DNA of 64,000 nucleotides from an uncultured cyanobacterium (GCA_963718615.1 OY970368.1:1088001-1152000), one strand, 5' to 3'; positions 1 through 10,178 are shown, counted from the stretch's first letter. The notes: generated by a model from the sequence alone, not told the origin. Numbers and translations are program-made.

Positions 1-599
1 CGAGATACTTGAGGTCAATTTGTCCCTCGTCCGCTGCTCGATTGAGCAACGCTAAATCGGCTTGTTTGAGTTCCTTCTGCTCCGGGTCTTGCTTGCCTCG
101 GTGCGATTGCCTCGTTCGTTTCCAGTTGACGCCCTTTTTTTTAGCACCCGTCTCAAACGGTCGCTGCTAAGCTGAACCTGACACCCTTGCTCTAACAACC
201 TTGAGAGCTGAACGCTCGTGTAGGTTCTCTCTTCTTTCTCTAAGCAGGTCTCCAGGTACACTAAGTCCGCTTCACTCCATTTGGGCTTGACACTCCCCTA
301 CTCGGAGCATCCCACAGGCCCATCAATCCTGCACTTTGCCAGCACTTTATCGTTTGTCTCACCGTGTTGGGATGGCAGCCAAAACATTCAGCTATTTTCG
401 CCACTCGCCATCCCTGCCCATTCAGCAGCAGCATGTGGGCACGATCCTTCGTCCGCTGAAGCACCTTGGGAGCTACACGTAGCTCCTCCAGCATGGTTTG
501 TTCTGGCTCACTCAAGCTAATTCGTAGAGGGGCTCCCATCGCTCTGCCTCAATCTTCAACTCCTCTCCTGATTCTCTCACTCTTATTTCCACCTACTTA
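1..599 (-). mobile_element. IS630-family element (left end and 5' part of transposase; runs off window edge), frameshifted
   Basis: ORF 261-539 is an IS630-type HTH (RAHMLLLNGQGWRVAKIAECFGCHPNTVRQ). An extra GT at ~289-293 breaks KPKWSEADL-YLETCLE. An A8G run (T8 at 135-142) links LKK to KGVNWKRTRQSH...IDLKYL. End reads TAAGTAGGTGGAAATAAG with TA at 598-599. Confidence 0.8.
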
Positions 600-820
600 C
601 CCGCGTCTGCTGCCGACCCATGCTGTCATTTCGGGGCCGGGAATGAATGTCTGTTAGACGACAATAGCATTGGCGGCTGCTCGACATTTCCTGGCGGGAG
701 TTGTCGCGAAAGCGTGGCTTGGATCGTGAGACAGACGTGAGACTTTGACAGCTCACTGGCGTGGCGATCGACAAAAAAAGACACTCATAGGGTCCCCCTG
801 GAAAGAAAGGACTCTAACGA

Positions 821-2612
821 GTGTCGAGAGTAATAATGTATCAACAGCGAGTGTACATGAATGCAAAGGAGCATGGCCTGTCGCAGCAAGATGCGGCAGC
901 GGTGGCGGAATTTTCGGTGCGAACCGCGCAACGAATGGATGCCAACGAGTGGCAGCAGGGGAGTGGAGAGGGCACCGGGGTGCGGACCCGGCCAGATCCA
1001 CTCAACGGTCTTTGGGAAGCCGAACTAGAGGCGATGCTGCGAGCTGAGCCAAGACTGAAACCGACGACGTTATTTGAGCATTTGCAGGACAAATATCCGG
1101 GTCAATATCCGCAAGTGCTCAGGACGCTTCAGCGGCGAGTGAGAACCTGGAAAGCACTGTATGGTCCAGCTCCCGAGGTGATGTTTGAGCTGCGTCACGA
1201 GCCGGGGGTGCAAGGATTTTCCGACTTCACCGAACTCAAAGGGACGGTGGTGACGATAAATGGAAAGCCCTATGAGCACTTGATTTATCACTACCGCTTG
1301 GGCTACAGCGGCTGGTCCTACGCGGAGTTAATCGAGGGGGGTGAAAGCTTTGTCGCCCTATCCGAAGGATTGCAGAATGCCCTGTTTGCCTGCGGCGGGG
1401 CTCCAAAGCAGCATCGCACCGATAGCCTGAGTGCGGCCTATCGAAATCTGGGTGGGAAGAAGAACCAAACCGCTGACGCGCTTGTATGACGACCTGTGTG
1501 AGCACTATCGGTTGCAACCGACGCGAAACAACCGGGGAATCGCCCACGAGAACGGTTCTATTGAAGGCCCCCACGGTCATCTGAAGAACCGCATTGTCCA
1601 AGCGATGTACCTGCGCGGCAGCACCGACTTCGCTAGCGTCAGCGACTATCAAGACCTGCTCAATGACTGTGTGGCCAAGCTCAATGCCCAGCATCAGGAT
1701 AAGTATGAGCATGAGAAAGCGCATCTCCAGGCGTTGCCCAAATACCGGGCTGCGGACTACGAACTCCTCACCGCCAAGGTGAGCAGCAACAGCACGATTG
1801 ATATCCGCTGCATGCTCTACAGCGTGCCGTCTCGCTTAATTGGCCGGTCCCTGGAAGTGCATCTGCACCACAACCGCCTGATGGGCTACCTCGAAGGCCA
1901 TGAAGTGTTCAGGTTGAAACGGATTCGTTCTACTGACAAGGACAAGCGGCGCGCCCGCTCGGTGGACTATCACCATGTCATCGAAGGGTTGCGCAAAAAG
2001 CCCTTGGCCTTCCTCCACAGCACCTGGCGAGAGGACCTCCTGCCCAATGAGCGCTATCACCAACTCTGGAAACAGCTCCAGGCTGGCTTTGAGCTTGATT
2101 CTGCCGCCGTGCTCATGGTCGAAGCCCTCTATATTGCGGCGACCCAAAACAAGGAAGCGGCGGTCGCTGACTACCTCTTCCCAGAGATTGAGGCCAAAAC
2201 CCTCACCCTCTCAAGGCTCAGACTCCATTTTCAGTTGCTCACCAAACTCGAATTCCCCACCGTGAATGTCCAACAACATGACCTCAACGACTACGATGCC
2301 CTTCTGTTCACCCACAGCAGCGTCATCCCAGATGCAGAACCAGAGCTCGTCTCAACCGGAGCTGAGCCCTTACCAAAGCCTCAGCGCTCAGCTCAAGCAC
2401 CTGCGCTTATCCCATATGCTCAACCACTGGGAGACCTTGGAGCAGCAAGCCATGCGAGAGACCTGGTCCTACGCGCAATTTCTCTTGGCCCTGTGCCAAC
2501 TCGAAACAGACCGCCGCAAGGCTTTGCGCCTCCAAAGAGCCATCACCGAAGCTCAACTGCCCAACGCCAAAACGGTTTCCAATTTCGATTGGACACACCT
2601 GCCCCTGGTTAA
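821..2612 (+). pseudogene. istA: IS21 transposase IstA, split by a 1-bp frameshift near 1450-1460
   Basis: ORFs 821-1489 (RTRPDPL, LRTLQRR, SDFT, HRTDSLSAA) and 1431-2612 (NNRGIAHENGSIE, YSVPSRLIG) join as NLGGRRTKPLTRLY if one G is removed from GGTGGGA. Confidence 0.85.
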
Positions 2613-3180
2613 CCCTCTCCCGATTCAAAAACTCGCCACTGAACCCCAGTGGATTGATGACGCCCAAAACTGTCTCTTCTTCGGACCTTCTGGGGTCGGC
2701 AAAACCCATCTGGCCGCTGGCATCGCTCGTGCCGCCCTGGAAGCGGGCAAGCGCGTCAAATTCTTCTGTGCCACCACCCTGGTGCAGTATCTCCAAAAAG
2801 AAAAGCTTCATCTCCAGCTTCAGCCTGCCCTGAAAAAGCTCGACCGCTTTGACCTCGTGATCATTGATGACCTCGGCTATGTCCAAAAATCCGAGGCAGA
2901 AACCTCCGTTCTCTTTGAACTCATTGCCTATCGCTATGAGCGCAAAAGCATCATGGTCACTGCCAATCAGCCGTTCAGTGAGTGGAACTCCATCTTTGGT
3001 GATTCCATGATGACCGTCGCCGCCGTTGACCGCCTCATTCACCATGCGGTCATTCTCGAAATCAAGGCGGACAGTTTTCGTAAACGCTCCGCTCACCAGC
3101 GCTCTGAGAACTTGAAGGCACTCCCGGCAAAATCCTCTGAATCTGACTCCCAAACATCGACACACCAGAAGCGATCTTAG
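2266..3180 (+). CDS. istB: IS21 helper ATPase IstB (true start may be 2332)
   Basis: Walker A GPSGVGKTH, Walker B LVIIDDLGY, TANQPFSEW, AAVDRLIHHA. Confidence 0.93.
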   Translation: MSNNMTSTTTMPFCSPTAASSQMQNQSSSQPELSPYQSLSAQLKHLRLSHMLNHWETLEQQAMRETWSYAQFLLALCQLETDRRKALRLQRAITEAQLPNAKTVSNFDWTHLPLVNPLPIQKLATEPQWIDDAQNCLFFGPSGVGKTHLAAGIARAALEAGKRVKFFCATTLVQYLQKEKLHLQLQPALKKLDRFDLVIIDDLGYVQKSEAETSVLFELIAYRYERKSIMVTANQPFSEWNSIFGDSMMTVAAVDRLIHHAVILEIKADSFRKRSAHQRSENLKALPAKSSESDSQTSTHQKRS

Positions 3181-3288
3181 ATTGTCGTCTTGACCTGAGA
3201 TTGCCGCTTCTCATTTCCTTTTGCCAATTCAGTGGGCTCCCCGCCTTCTAATTGTCGCGACAGGCAAATGTCTTGACACTTGATAAAT

Positions 3289-3460
3289 GTCATTCAATGC
3301 CGAAGCAACCATCATTCTAGTGCCGAACTTTAGTGCAAATCCATTACCGCAGTACACCTTCATTCCGGTGCCGAAGTTGCTGTCATTTTGCAGTGCCCCT
3401 GATCCCGAACCCGCGACGGCTTTAAAGCGTCAAGCCAAACAATCATTTCAGCGTGAATTC
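3289..3460. repeat. Array of degenerate TCATTC-N2/3-TGCCGAA motifs
   Basis: Copies at ~3290 (tcattcaatgccgaa), 3312 (tcattctagtgccgaa), 3360 (tcattccggtgccgaa), weaker at 3383 and 3443. A related copy lies at ~626, left of the IS21. Confidence 0.55.
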
Positions 3461-3927
3461 ACTGTCCTCAAACACATTCCAGCTTCCTAGTTTTGTCAGT
3501 CAAGCAGGCTTTATATCTTAATGCTGACTATATTGACTTAATCGCTCCTTGAGATCGGAGTTATGCTTGCACGAAAGGATAGAGATGTCAATATTCATTT
3601 TTTACTTTTTTATGTAATAAAAGCCAACTTTAAAGCCTTGGAATGATTGGGAGTAATTGGTGGATTCTAATAATTCTCGGGAAATCTATTTTACATAGTC
3701 TTGCAAACATTTGATTTATCGTGGTGGCATTAAACGATTTGACAAATAACGTTTCTTCAGCGTTATTTAAGAAAAGTCACATGGTATACCCAGTCATTCT
3801 TCTTTTTGAGTGAGCTGAGTTAATTGCCGCATGCCTTCACCTCGATAGTTGTATGTTGTTTGACTTAGGTCAAAGCGATTAATCTATTGTTTTGGCCGAT
3901 AAACTACTCGTCTAACAGGTTTTATCA

Positions 3928-4299
3928 ATGAAAATCAAGAATATCCTGCCCACATTCGCTTTGCTCGGTATGGTTTTGACCACCGTTTCTGTTCAATCTG
4001 CTACAGCAAGGGAATTGCTCCCTGACGTTGAAATTGCTGAGGATATGACTTTTGTGATTGATACAAAGGCATATGAATCTCCTAGAAATCGAAAGCCTCG
4101 GTTCATCATTAACCCTGACAGTACCAATGAATACAAGTTTGTTAAACGTCTAGCTTCTAAGACCTATGAAGGTGAAGATTTAGGTATTAGCAGTGAAGGA
4201 CGTCGTTTAGGAAAGCAGCTCTACTGGCTCGCTGAAGTCGTGGAATTATCTACAGGAAAGACTAAGGTTGTTGCGGTTCCGTTGGAGTTTCGGCGTTAA
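3928..4299 (+). CDS. Hypothetical secreted protein (island cargo)
   Basis: ATG ORF of 123 aa with Sec-type signal (MKIK...VQSATA), AT-rich, followed by a hairpin. Confidence 0.7.
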   Translation: MKIKNILPTFALLGMVLTTVSVQSATARELLPDVEIAEDMTFVIDTKAYESPRNRKPRFIINPDSTNEYKFVKRLASKTYEGEDLGISSEGRRLGKQLYWLAEVVELSTGKTKVVAVPLEFRR

Positions 4300-4309
4300 T
4301 TGAGCCTAG

Positions 4310-4347
4310 TCTTGACGGAAGCAGTATCGCAGATGTTTCCGTCAAGA
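4310..4347 (+). terminator. Stem-loop downstream of 3928-4299
   Basis: TCTTGACGGAA ... TTCCGTCAAGA perfect 11-bp inverted repeat. Confidence 0.55.
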
Positions 4348-4687
4348 ATTGATTTTGAGTATATATTGGGCAACTGACCAAACACTTCTCAATATTGCGT
4401 TTCATGGATTTGAGTGGTATCTGAGTCTAGAACGCTGACCCCAATTCTTTTCTCAAACCCTCAATTCCAACGCTGATATCGGTTTGCACGCATACAGCAC
4501 CAGGATTGGTAGTCCTATTTCTTAAAGGCTAAAGAAAAATAGTCGTTTTCAGAAGGCTTGCTGGATAAAGCTTTCAGGATTTGAATTTTTCTCTTACCTT
4601 TACATAAGGTCACTACCCCAGGATTTTCCTGTCAATGGGCTGCGTCTCTCTTCTCGTTTATATCCATCTTATTTTCTTAACATAGTC

Positions 4688-5257
4688 ATGCTTAGGTCTA
4701 CCCAATTCGTTAGTGTTCTTGGTTTTCTGTTACTATCTCTGCTGTGTGGGTTTGCTGAAACTGCACAGGCCGAAATATTTACTCGAAAGGAGCATGAATT
4801 TGGATGGCAGTTGCCTTGGCAAGCAGACGTCACTGGAGAGATAATTCAAACATGGCATTCTATCAAGAATAGAAATCGCAGTTTTCATGCCATTGATATC
4901 GGCGTACCTGCTGGGACTCCTATCTTAGCGCCTATCGATTCTACTGTTAAATATTTTTGTATCGCAAAAGGTACTAAGAGCCATCACGCAATTATTCTTC
5001 AAGCGTCAGATGGTCAATACTATAACTTAATTCATGTTAGTACATCTGGATTGCGCAAGGGGAAATCTTTTCGACAAGGTGAGAAGATTGGTGTTGTTGC
5101 GTCAGATTTACCAAATGACAAAAAATGCGCATTTTCCTATGGAATTCACTTGCATCTTGGACTACCTAGCAAAAACTTCAGCATCGGTGGTTATCAGTTA
5201 ACACCATTAACTCCGCGAGGTACCACTTTGAAATCAAATAATCGATGGATCAGATAA
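4688..5257 (+). CDS. Secreted M23-family metallopeptidase
   Basis: Signal peptide, HAIDIG (HxxxD), GTPILAP, GEKIGVV, HLHLG (HxH). Confidence 0.85.
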   Translation: MLRSTQFVSVLGFLLLSLLCGFAETAQAEIFTRKEHEFGWQLPWQADVTGEIIQTWHSIKNRNRSFHAIDIGVPAGTPILAPIDSTVKYFCIAKGTKSHHAIILQASDGQYYNLIHVSTSGLRKGKSFRQGEKIGVVASDLPNDKKCAFSYGIHLHLGLPSKNFSIGGYQLTPLTPRGTTLKSNNRWIR

Positions 5258-5293
5258 TCTTGTGAGTGAAGTACGCTAGATAGGCGGCGATCG

Positions 5294-5728
5294 CTCGGCG
5301 TTGTCGCCCAACGTTTAGTCCGTCGCATTTGCCCCCACTGTGCCGAACCCTATACTCCCAGCCTAAAAGAGACAAAGCTTTTGGGGCTGACACTGGAGGA
5401 AGCCATGGAGCAAAACTGGCAAAAAGGCCGAGGCTGCGCCAACTGTTTCAACTCCGGTTATCTCGGACGCGAAGCCGTGATGGAAGTCTTGCACGTGGAT
5501 GACACCATTCGCCAAATCATCTACGAAGGCTCAATCACCGATTTGCGTCACTATTTGCAAGAAAGCGACTTTGCTTCATTCCAAACCGCCGCCATTGACA
5601 AAATTAATCGGGGTCTGACGACCCTCGAAGAAGTCAAACGGGTTTTGCCCATGAGCGCGTTGCGGCCTCGGTTTAGCCCCACAGAGACGATCGCCAACGC
5701 GATCGCCCCCATCCACACCAAAGCTTAA
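5294..5728 (+). pseudogene. 3' fragment of a PilB/GspE (PulE-type) pilus/secretion ATPase gene
   Basis: Frame reads LGVVAQRLVRRICPHC...GRGCANCFNSGYLGREAVMEVL...GLTTLEEVKRV, the PilB C-terminus with its four-Cys Zn motif. An in-frame TGA lies 9 codons upstream and no Walker A/B is present. Confidence 0.85.
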
Positions 5729-5858
5729 GAAATCCGTAATTTCCCCAGAGGGTTTTGTCCCCCTGCGACCTTGACCCACCTCACCCCCTGGGCGATCGCC
5801 TCAAAACCCGCGATAGTCAAAACAACTGAATCGCCTAGATATCGCAAGGAGAACCTCG

Positions 5859-6122
5859 ATGGCACTCGATCGCCTCGCCCCCCAGGAAATTCAAGCCGCC
5901 ATGGATGCGATCGCCCGCATTATCCCGGTTTTAGACACCCCCGACTGTCTCAAAATCGTTCAATGGGCCACCCAGCGCGCCACCCAGATTGAATCGACCG
6001 TTGTGGAATTTCGCCCCATGAATGACCTTTCGTTCAATTTTGGAGACGAAGACGATTTTTTTCTCCCTCCCATGCTCCAGCTCGTCAGCGAACCCCCGGA
6101 CGATCTGCCGATCGCCATTTAA
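5859..6122 (+). CDS. Hypothetical protein
   Basis: AGGAG RBS at ~5847, ATG, 87 aa. Confidence 0.65.
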   Translation: MALDRLAPQEIQAAMDAIARIIPVLDTPDCLKIVQWATQRATQIESTVVEFRPMNDLSFNFGDEDDFFLPPMLQLVSEPPDDLPIAI

Positions 6123-6150
6123 AGGCCCATTTAAAGGCCCATTTAAAGGC
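6115..6150. repeat. 12-bp tandem repeat CCATTTAAAGGC x3
   Basis: Directly visible; contains the stop codon of 5859-6122. Confidence 0.9.
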
Positions 6151-6226
6151 AATGGATTCCAACCCTAGCAATCCCTTCAATCTTGATATCCAATCTTGAT
6201 ATTTCCAATTTCTTAGCCCAGCAGTA

Positions 6227-6249
6227 AGGCCCGTCTATGGGACGGGCCT
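6227..6249. terminator. Hairpin between convergent genes
   Basis: AGGCCCGTC-tatgg-GACGGGCCT. Confidence 0.6.
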
Positions 6250-6289
6250 ATTGGTCAGGAACTAATTGGCAAATTGTGGGGATAGAAAG

Positions 6290-7198
6290 TTAGAGGCGAT
6301 CGCCCGAACGAGAATTGCCCGAACGAGGGTTAATAACCTCGGCATCGCCTTCGACATCGAGTTCTTCCCGACGGACTTGATCGCGCATAACAACCCGATC
6401 CTGTTCAGCTTCCTTGCGAATGCGAACTTCATCACGAACGAAGGTTTGCTTATCAATTTGGGCTGTTTCTTCGTAAAGATCAAGATGCGCCACCTCCTGT
6501 TCTTGGAAGCCAGGAGCCACACTGGTGCTGTTATTGATTTGACCGGATGGACTATATTCCACCACGACTCGCTCTTTTTCTACAGGAACTGATTTCTCCG
6601 CCGTTGCGGTCTCTACCCGTTTCTTGACCGAAACTTCGCCAACTTTGTCCCGACTCTTATTAGCAACAAGACGCTCCTCATGGAGGCGAATAGGATGCTT
6701 GTGATCTTCTGCATCCAAGTCAAAGAGTTCAGGCTCTTGCTCATAGCGATATCCCTGAGCATCATTGGGCTGCATTTGATTGGTGTAGGTTTGTCCTCGG
6801 TATTGTCTAACCTCATTAGCCCGAGAGCGACCTAGAGGACGGTAGACATTTCTGACATTTTCCTCATAGTCATAATCGACAACGAGATCACTGCGATATT
6901 CTGGCAATTGCTCAACTTGTTCACGGGTCAATCCGTTCACATAAACCCGCTGATGGGACATATCAAATTTGGCTAGACCAATGGGGAGGAGGACGTTTTT
7001 GCCAAAAATCCAAAATCCCGTGTCAACGACCAAATAGCGAAATTTGCCGCTTTGCTCATCCACTAAGGCGTCCTTAATGCCGCCAATATTCTCTTCGCCT
7101 TCGGTATAAACATCAAACTGGTCAATATTGAGCAGTTCACTATTTCCTAGAAGGTCTTCATGATGATTGAAATAATCGCGATATTTTACGAGTGTCAT
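6290..7198 (-). CDS. PRC-barrel + DUF2382 (YsnF/AvaK-like) protein
   Basis: FRYLVVDTGFWIFGKNVLLPIG (PRC barrel); LHEERLVANKSRDKVGEV, VRREELDV (DUF2382). Start taken at MTLVKY. Confidence 0.88.
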   Translation of the reverse strand: MTLVKYRDYFNHHEDLLGNSELLNIDQFDVYTEGEENIGGIKDALVDEQSGKFRYLVVDTGFWIFGKNVLLPIGLAKFDMSHQRVYVNGLTREQVEQLPEYRSDLVVDYDYEENVRNVYRPLGRSRANEVRQYRGQTYTNQMQPNDAQGYRYEQEPELFDLDAEDHKHPIRLHEERLVANKSRDKVGEVSVKKRVETATAEKSVPVEKERVVVEYSPSGQINNSTSVAPGFQEQEVAHLDLYEETAQIDKQTFVRDEVRIRKEAEQDRVVMRDQVRREELDVEGDAEVINPRSGNSRSGDRL

Positions 7199-7461
7199 AC
7201 TGTAAATTCTCCTGTGTCTTTTGCTTGTTTTTGAGAGTCTTGTCGTTGAGATTGCTGTACTGATTGGCCAGTATTTTTGAATCTGATCCCAGAATAGGTT
7301 CACGCCTAGGAGATTGCCTCTTTCCCTTGAGTGAGTTATAGATTTCTGGGGTTATAACTAGAGGCTATCTTTGGGGGGAATCTCTAATTTTGAATGGATT
7401 TCTACTCCATGGGATGGGTCTGGTCTAAAATCAAATACCAGATTCCGATTGTCCCTTCCCT

Positions 7462-8751
7462 ATGTCTAATGGTTTTCCTCGCTCCGCCGCTGATCCCGAC
7501 CTGGCCTCTAGTGAGCAACAGGCTTGGGCTGATATTAGCGATCTGCGCCATGCCGCTAATCCTGGCTATCAGGGCAGCCTAACCCGTGCAACCACACCAG
7601 GATTTGGTCTCACCCCCCCGATCGCTCGCAGTGGACCGAATCTGACACCTTTGATTTTGGTGGCGATCGCCCTCACTCTGACTGGCATGATCCTGAGCCT
7701 GCCGTGGCTGGGCTGGCTCGGTGCCGCCTTTTGCTTGGTGCTCTCACTGCGGCTCATTTGGCCGAGTCTCAGTGCCATTTTGCTCGAACTGCTCGTGGAT
7801 CGTTGGGGAGCTCCCTTGGTAGCGTTTATCGGGCTGATGGTGGCCCTGGCTGCGGTGGTAGATTTCACAGGGTTTGGCGATGAAACCCTGCGGCTGTTGC
7901 GCTGGGTAGATTGGGACATTATTGGCGCGTTGGGGGATACTCTGGGTGCCGTGGGGCAAATCTTTATTGCCCTGTTGGCGGTTTATATTGCTTGGCGGCA
8001 GTACATTATCTCGAAGATCCTGACGGAACAGCAGAATCAGCTTACGATTCAGCAAAACATGATCACCCAACAGCAAACGATCGATGCCTATTTCCAGGGA
8101 ATCTCGGATTTGGTGCTGGATGATGAGGGGCTGCTGGAAGACTGGCCCCAGGAACGGGCGATCGCCGAGGGACGCACCGCTGCCATTCTTAGTAGCGTCA
8201 ACGCCGATGGGAAAGCCAAGGTGATTCGCTTCCTAGCCCGGTCGAAGCTGCTGACACCGCTCAAACGCGATGGCCATCTTGGACGGGCAATTTTGGATGG
8301 TCGCGGTGGCTATGAAGAGGATCGGATGGCAGGGGTGCGAGTCATTGATTTGGGTGTGATGCTGGCCAAGGCTAATCTCGCTGGGACGGACTTACGCTGG
8401 ACAGATCTCAGCGAAGCCAATTTGATTTATGCGGATCTGCGCGAGGCGGATTTGGTAAAAGCTAATCTCTCCCGCACGATTCTGTTTGGGGCTGATCTGC
8501 GGGGGGCCGATCTGATGGGGGCTCGGTTGTTCTATGGGGCTGGGGAGCTGGCTTCGCCTCGCAGCCGAGTGGAGCCGCCCAATTATGCAACGGGAGAGCA
8601 TACAGGGTCTGTGGTCGAAGGGGTCAACTTTACGGGGGTTCAGCGATTGTCCGAGGAGCAGCGTCGCTATTGCTGTGCCTGGTGTGGCGAGCAGTCCCGC
8701 GCAACGATGCCAGGGGGCTGTGGGGATGTGGAGAATCGCTTGGGGCGGTAG
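7462..8751 (+). CDS. Membrane-anchored pentapeptide-repeat protein
   Basis: N-terminal TM helices; C-terminal ANLAG/TDLRW/ADLRE pentapeptide repeats. Confidence 0.88.
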   Translation: MSNGFPRSAADPDLASSEQQAWADISDLRHAANPGYQGSLTRATTPGFGLTPPIARSGPNLTPLILVAIALTLTGMILSLPWLGWLGAAFCLVLSLRLIWPSLSAILLELLVDRWGAPLVAFIGLMVALAAVVDFTGFGDETLRLLRWVDWDIIGALGDTLGAVGQIFIALLAVYIAWRQYIISKILTEQQNQLTIQQNMITQQQTIDAYFQGISDLVLDDEGLLEDWPQERAIAEGRTAAILSSVNADGKAKVIRFLARSKLLTPLKRDGHLGRAILDGRGGYEEDRMAGVRVIDLGVMLAKANLAGTDLRWTDLSEANLIYADLREADLVKANLSRTILFGADLRGADLMGARLFYGAGELASPRSRVEPPNYATGEHTGSVVEGVNFTGVQRLSEEQRRYCCAWCGEQSRATMPGGCGDVENRLGR

Positions 8752-8793
8752 GGTGATGGGGTGATGGGGTTGTTGCTGTTTGAGTGGGGGGGT

Positions 8794-9873
8794 ATGGGTA
8801 AGCTTAGGATTTTGTTGGTTTCGACGCCTGTGGGCGCGTTGGGATCGGGTTTGGGGGGCGGGGTGGAGCTGACGCTGGCGAACTTGGCGAAGGCGTTGCA
8901 GCGGCGGGGGCATGAGCTGATTGTGCTTGCGCCTGCTGGTTCGGTTTGTCCGGGGGTGCCGTTGATTTTGGTGCCGGGACAACTGCAAACCACGGCCCAA
9001 ACCCAAGGTCGGGATGCGCCGATTACGATGCCGGGGGATTGTGTCTTGGCCCAGGCTTGGGACATGGCGCGGCAACAGCAGACTCAATTCGATGTCATTC
9101 TCAATTTTGCCTATGATTGGCTACCGTTTTACCTGACGCCGTTTTTTACGACCCCCATTGCCCATTTGGTGAGTATGGGGTCGTTGACGGATGCCATGGA
9201 TCAAATCATTGGCCAGGTGGCGCTGCAACAGCCGGGTAGTATCGGTGTCCATAGCCAAGCCCAGGCGGAGACCTTTACGTTTGCAGCGCACTGCCGAGTT
9301 TTAGGCAATGGATTTGATTTGTCTCAGTACCAATTTCAGCCGGAGCCTCTGCTAGAACCTCAGCCGGAGCTGGGCTGGGTGGGTCGGATTGCGCCGGAGA
9401 AGGGGTTGGAGGATGCGGCGGCGGCGGTTGCTCATACGGGAACGCGGCTGAAGGTGTGGGGAGCGATGCAGTATCCCGACTATTGGGCAGAGGTGCAGGC
9501 GGATTACCCCCAGGCTCAGCTCAGCTATGAGGGCTTTTTATCTACGCAGGATTTGCAGCAACAACTGGGACAATGTCAGGGATTACTGATGACGCCGAAA
9601 TGGGTGGAAGCGTTTGGGAATGTGGCGATCGAAGCGCTGGCTTGTGGGGTGCCAGTGGTGGCCTATCGACGGGGGGGGCCTGCGGAAATTGTGGAGGATG
9701 GCATAACGGGATGGCTGGTTGCACCGGATGATGTGGAAGGGTTGCGGGGGGCGATCGCCAAACTCCCCCAAATCCATCGCCAAACCTGCCGCCACCGAGC
9801 CGAGACCCACTATTCCCTAGCGGCCATGGGAGAACGCGTAGAAGATTGGCTACTGTCGCTGCTGGGGCGCTGA
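8794..9873 (+). CDS. Glycosyltransferase family 4
   Basis: GRIAPEKG, EAFGNVAIEALACGVPVV, GGPAEIV. Confidence 0.9.
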   Translation: MGKLRILLVSTPVGALGSGLGGGVELTLANLAKALQRRGHELIVLAPAGSVCPGVPLILVPGQLQTTAQTQGRDAPITMPGDCVLAQAWDMARQQQTQFDVILNFAYDWLPFYLTPFFTTPIAHLVSMGSLTDAMDQIIGQVALQQPGSIGVHSQAQAETFTFAAHCRVLGNGFDLSQYQFQPEPLLEPQPELGWVGRIAPEKGLEDAAAAVAHTGTRLKVWGAMQYPDYWAEVQADYPQAQLSYEGFLSTQDLQQQLGQCQGLLMTPKWVEAFGNVAIEALACGVPVVAYRRGGPAEIVEDGITGWLVAPDDVEGLRGAIAKLPQIHRQTCRHRAETHYSLAAMGERVEDWLLSLLGR

Positions 9874-10170
9874 AAACTCGCGAGCTTTGTAGGCATGGCA
9901 GCCTTGGCAAGGTCCCAGGGGATTGACAGCACAGCGGACGTGGGGCGATCGCGCATTGAACTCACAGCTCAAATCCCCAATCAAATAGCCAATGCCCTCT
10001 ACATAGCGAAACTCTGGCAGATGGGCATTGGGATGGGATACCGGCGTCAGGGAGCGACTCCAGGATGCCGCAATGCGTCGGCGGGTGCGCTGCTTGAACT
10101 GGTGAAGTTGCCACAGGGACAGCAACGCAGGCAGCAGAGCGAACAATAGGATTAAAATAAGGGCCAGCAT
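9850..10170 (-). CDS. DUF6464-like small membrane protein
   Basis: N-terminal TM; C-terminal IGDLSCEFNARSPHVRCAVNPLGPCQGC. Confidence 0.75.
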   Translation of the reverse strand: MLALILILLFALLPALLSLWQLHQFKQRTRRRIAASWSRSLTPVSHPNAHLPEFRYVEGIGYLIGDLSCEFNARSPHVRCAVNPLGPCQGCHAYKAREFSAPQQRQ

Positions 10171-10178
10171 AGGCAAAG

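Larger units (their letters stand above)
652..3266 (+). mobile_element. IS21-family insertion sequence (istA-istB)
   Basis: TG...CA ends (TGTTAGACGACAAT at 652; ATTGTCGCGACAGGCA ending 3266), internal TTGTCG/CGACAA repeats near both ends, 6-bp direct repeat AATGTC at 646-651 and 3267-3272. Confidence 0.85.

Noticed and set aside
2407-3165. Long antisense ORFs (also 8392-9087, 10290-11054, 53798-54448 and alternate-frame 48795-49562)
   Set aside because: Shadow ORFs of well-supported genes with no recognisable motifs.
3289-3460. Possible CRISPR or CAST end
   Set aside because: Repeats are short, degenerate and irregularly spaced; no clear terminus or tns/cas genes in the window.
4541-4556. 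GTCGTTTTCAGAAG resembling a Tn402/Tn5053 end
   Set aside because: Lacks the terminal TGT and has no partner repeat or tni genes; likely chance.
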